Source: Gammaproteobacteria bacterium
GTDB taxonomy: Bacteria; Pseudomonadota; Gammaproteobacteria; Eutrophobiales; Eutrophobiaceae
Direction: 5' to 3'
DNA: 64,000 nucleotides
Assembly (NCBI GenBank): GCA_963422205.2
Contig: CAXMWX010000006.1
Location: 1 to 64,000, forward strand
Shown here: positions 60,363-64,000 of the stretch, piece after piece
Numbering within the stretch: the stretch's first letter is position 1
How the letters are laid out: each line of letters opens with the position of its first letter
Notes under the pieces: generated by a model
Databases searched by the model: none
What the model saw: the letters and a program-made list of their open reading frames with translations, nothing else
Told to the model about the DNA's origin: nothing
Program-made: the position numbers and the translations under genes

Positions 60363-61159
60363 TGGCATGATGCTGGTGGCACAGATAGACAGCATACAGG
60401 ATGACAGGCAGGGCAACATCCAGGATGGCACAGCAGACACCGAGCACCTCCTGTATCTGTACACCGACCACCTGATGACCAACTGGCTGGCAACAGACCA
60501 GAGCCGGAATGTTATCTGGCGCTGGGAGGGGGGCGGCCTTTGGTAATACCCCCGCCGATGAGATGGGGGGCTTTGCCATTAACCTGCGCTTCCCGGGGCA
60601 ATACTATGATGCGGAGACGGGCTGGCACTATAACTGGAACCGGTATTATGACCCAGCACTGGGGCGGTATATCACTTCGGATCCGATTGGGCTTAGTGGG
60701 GGGATGAATACTTATGGGTATGCGAATGCGAATCCGATTATTTATACCGACCCAACAGGATTAGTCTGTGGAACAGGCACCTGTGTTCTGGTAGCAGCTG
60801 GTACGGTTGGTCTGGTTACAGGTCTTGCCCAGGGCATTAGTAGTGAAGCTACTGGTGATGGTTTCGGTAAAGGTTTTGCCCTTGGATTTGGCTATGGGAT
60901 AGGTGCTACGACAACGGCTATCGCTGGTGGAGGTAGTGCGCTTGCAACAGGTCTGGGAATTGCGGTTGGCTTAGGGCTTGATTTGTTATTTACAGGTGGC
61001 GCGGCGACAGATTTGATTACCCCAGATGCCGATGCTGCAACACGCACCCCTGCGGATTTGGGTAGTCCCGATCCTGCGGATGATGCTATTTACCAGATGT
61101 TTTGCCAACAAAATCCCGATGCACCCAATTGCCAAGCGGAACCAAATGATTGTCTATAG
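60363..61159 (+). pseudogene. Orphan Rhs core fragment + Gly-rich hydrophobic C-terminal domain 1
   Basis: [46 protein letters not shown]...NP...DPTGL; frameshift in a G-run ~60530. Confidence 0.85.
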
Positions 61160-61184
61160 GGCGTTTGCTGTTCCAGTTCGAATA

Positions 61185-61487
61185 ATGATAAAGAAGCTAC
61201 TGAAATTTTTCTTTGGGGAAAGCTGGATTAGTCACAGGGTTATTTGTGCTGTTAATATATGTTGTGGGGTATCTTCCTTGTACTACTTTACATATATCCA
61301 TCAATATTCTTTGCCATCAGACCCCCCTTTTGCAGTCCTTGTTTTACCCCTGCTTGCAGGAAATTTCATGGCTGTTTACATCATTGAGCATCATGAAAAC
61401 AAATTGCAACTTATTGTCGGTTACATAATGTTGTATTCCTTTCTAATAGTTCCCATGGTTGACCCTTTAATTTTATGGTTGAAATAA
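61185..61487 (+). CDS. Putative membrane immunity protein 1
   Basis: 100 aa, ~3 TMs, low GC, follows Rhs-CT; paralog of 62446. Confidence 0.7.
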   Translation: MIKKLLKFFFGESWISHRVICAVNICCGVSSLYYFTYIHQYSLPSDPPFAVLVLPLLAGNFMAVYIIEHHENKLQLIVGYIMLYSFLIVPMVDPLILWLK

Positions 61488-61544
61488 GTCGGGGCAATAG
61501 CTATTACTGGGGCTACTGCCGGGGCGAGGGCTGAGGTCACCACC

Positions 61545-62445
61545 ATGACCTATGCCACCCTGCGGCTTATCTCCCGCCTCATCCCCACGGGCAGTCCGGC
61601 CCCGGCACTGCCACCCGACCGGGAGTTGGTCTATAACAATGCGGGGCGGCTGTATCAGGTGTTTGAGAATGGGGTACTGAAGGCCGGGTATGTGTATAAC
61701 GCAGCGGGACAGCGTACCCGTAAGACAACCTATCAAAGTGATGGCATGACGCCGGTGGCACAGATAGACAGCATACAGGATGACAGGCAGGATAAGACCG
61801 CAGATGGCATGGCAGCCCACCGAGCACCTCCTGTATCTGCACACCGACCATTTAATGACTCCCCGGCTGGCAACTGACCAGAGCCAAAACGTTATCTGGC
61901 GCTGGGACGGGGCGGCCTTCGGCAACACCCCCGCCGATGAGATGGGGGGCTTTGCCATTAACCTGCGCTTCCCGGGGCAATACTATGATGCGGAGACGGG
62001 CTGGCACTATAACTGGCACCGGTACTATGACCTGATAGTGGGGAGGTATATCACTTCTGATCCGATAGGGCTAACAGCAGGGATGAATACCTACGTCTAT
62101 GTGAATCAGAATCCGCTTGGATCAATTGATGAGAGAGGGCTTTTATGTGGGAGCGGGGCATGTTTGCTAGGAACTACTTTCACAGTAGATGCGGTAGTAG
62201 GTATTGCACAGGGGATTGCTACAGCCAGTGCTGGCGGATCTTTTGGAGACGGATTTGCTGGAGGTTTCGCATTCGGTAGTGGTGCGACTTTAACAGGGAT
62301 TGTGGGTGCTGGTAGTGTTGTAGCTACTGGATTAGGGGTTGCTGTAGGGTTTGGTCTGGATCTATTAGTGAGCGGTGGGGGTCTTTTACCTGATGCAGAA
62401 GCAGCCATGACCAGTGCAGAAACAACGACAAATGGTTGTGACTAA
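61545..62445 (+). pseudogene. Orphan Rhs fragment + C-terminal domain 2
   Basis: YNNAGRL...YVYNAAGQRTRK, frameshift, HTDHLMTPR, core motif, DERGL then Gly-rich CT. Confidence 0.85.
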
Positions 62446-62751
62446 ATGAAGAGTTTTTTTAAATATATTTTTAATGGCTCTTGGATAAATCCCAGATCTA
62501 TTTGTCTACTGAGCGCAATTCTTTGGATATGTAGCCTTTATTATAGTACGTATGTTGATACGGAATTAGTTAAATCAAAAATGCCATTTCCTTTCTTGGT
62601 TATAACTAGTCTTGTTATGCATGGTATGGTTTTATTGCTTATGGAAATATATGAAGAGAAATGGCAGCTATGGGCGGCCTATGCGGGACTTGCTATTTTC
62701 TTACTTGCCTTGCTTGTTGATCCAATACTAAGATTAATCAGAAGTGGCTAA
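62446..62751 (+). CDS. Putative membrane immunity protein 2
   Basis: 101 aa, ~3 TMs, SWI..R.IC...SLYY.TY...E.K.QL...VDP shared with 61185. Confidence 0.72.
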   Translation: MKSFFKYIFNGSWINPRSICLLSAILWICSLYYSTYVDTELVKSKMPFPFLVITSLVMHGMVLLLMEIYEEKWQLWAAYAGLAIFLLALLVDPILRLIRSG

Positions 62752-63001
62752 AATAGGTAGTTATTCTAACTGGGGTTCTTCTGGCTCAGTGAGCGATGAG
62801 GTATTAGAACGATTCTGTCAACAAAATCCGTCTGCTCCGAATTGCAAATGCCAATGATATTAGACAGTAAACCTGAACAAAAAACCAAGATAAAAAATAC
62901 GGGAAATGGGTGATTATATTTTTTGTTTCTGCATTTATTATGGAATTAGTGGGGGACTTTATTTATAGTTTTGATGAGATAAAGATAGAGTAGAAAAGTT
63001 T

Positions 63002-63220
63002 TTGTTAAATAGTAAATTAATTAATATAGAAGCAGGTAATATTGAAAAAATATCTTTTCAAAATTTGCTTAATTTTAGTGGAGATGAAGATAAAAAACCA
63101 TATAAAGAATATTTATACGGTATCAAAGGTACTAGTGCTGATTTATTAGTAAGAGTTAAATTAGACAAGCTATGTGATGAAGGAAAGCAATGTCTTGAAA
63201 TTACTTCTATAGATCAGTGA
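63002..63220 (+). pseudogene. AT-rich hypothetical fragment (possible orphan immunity remnant)
   Basis: 72-aa ORF in very low-GC DNA within the Rhs array. Confidence 0.3.
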
Positions 63221-63237
63221 GATTCAGAAGAGACTTT

Positions 63238-63457
63238 TTCACCCGAGACCAGCAATGCCATCCAGACCACCCGTCCCAGTGGCGCCGTCATCACCCGTAC
63301 CTTTGATGAGGTCGGTAATGTATTGACCCAGACCGGAGAATTTAACGGGGCCACCACCTATACCTATGATGATTACAGCCTGGTGACCAGCATCACCACC
63401 CCCCGGGGACACACCACCCGCATTGTGCGTGACCCGGCCACTGGCAATGCCCTGTGA
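63238..63457 (+). pseudogene. YD/Rhs repeat fragment
   Basis: TRPSGAVITRTFDEVGNVLTQT...TTYTYDDYSLVTSITTPRGHTT. Confidence 0.7.
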
Positions 63458-63595
63458 GTCGCTATTAATTTCATAGACGGTTTGTTACTGGTCAGCATAC
63501 TACTGTTCGAACTGTCTGGGGGGATAATAAAGCATTGTGACCATGTTTGCGTGTACTGTTGTAAAACAACTCAATATAATCAAAGATGTCACGCT

Positions 63596-63988
63596 TGGTG
63601 GGTGGTGGTGATCATTTTGAGACAGAGAAAAATAGAGAAAAAATCGCTGAAAGCTCGTGTGGATAAGGGTTTCGGGCAGATGGGGGTAGAATTTTAAAAA
63701 CGTTCATTTTGAGATAAAAATGTGCATTTAATGCTAATAAAATGTACAAAAAATCATCCTAAAATGTGCATTTTATGCTCACAATTACCCGAAAAGTGAT
63801 CATTTTGAGGGCGGTTAATAGCCATTTACGGCTGCTTTGAAGCGGGTTTGATGCTATACTGAAGTACCTGCTGCGTAATAGCTGGAAAATCGTCGGGCCA
63901 GCGGGGAGATCCTATCTTAGCAATAGTGACAGCCCGATGCGGGGGTGCCAGGCATTGTGACCTGGGTGGCGTCCCGCTACGCGGCAGG
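63596..63988 (+). repeat. Copy 2 (longer) of the element end + structured RNA block
   Basis: Three TCATTTTGAG motifs; aligns with 56906-57152. Confidence 0.9.
63866..63988 (+). ncRNA. Candidate structured ncRNA, copy 2
   Basis: TGcTATACT at 63852-63860; 11-bp closing stem CCTGCTGCGTA/TACGCGGCAGG. Confidence 0.6.
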
Positions 63989-64000
63989 CATCTATAAACC

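Noticed and set aside
55795-64000. tRNA-Phe 3' duplication (attR) or tyrosine integrase for the island
   Set aside because: Neither found within the window

Overview
Gammaproteobacterial chromosomal window. A host-associated lifestyle is suggested by paralog expansions and many pseudogenes, but that is inference only. The core backbone is tkt | metK-ahcY(SAH riboswitch)-metF, a sigma-54 regulator, an MSHA/T2SS-like type IV filament locus, terB-like, hspQ, rsmE, gshA, algR/algZ, argH, asmA, mutY, yggX and tRNA-Phe. Accessory DNA is wedged in at several junctions: a type II Zorya operon, an Hpy99I-like restriction-modification pair, a 2-kb debris cassette bounded by a duplicated promoter plus half SAH riboswitch, a 12-kb insert (small membrane coiled-coil genes and a ~3,200-aa RTX-like autotransporter) inside the pilus locus, and a DNA methyltransferase-HNH fusion. 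The pilus locus looks damaged: in-frame amber stop in the secretin, frameshift in the regulator. After tRNA-Phe lies an island with an integrase-less integron cassette (clear attC), phage fragments, long hairpins and two paralogous Rhs toxin/immunity-like pairs. The island also holds two diverged copies of a ~115-120 nt structured element, each with its own extended -10 promoter. One copy points head-on into the 3' end of a putative phage nuclease gene; this is the best candidate for an undescribed RNA-based system. All family assignments come from motif recognition by eye; no searches were run.
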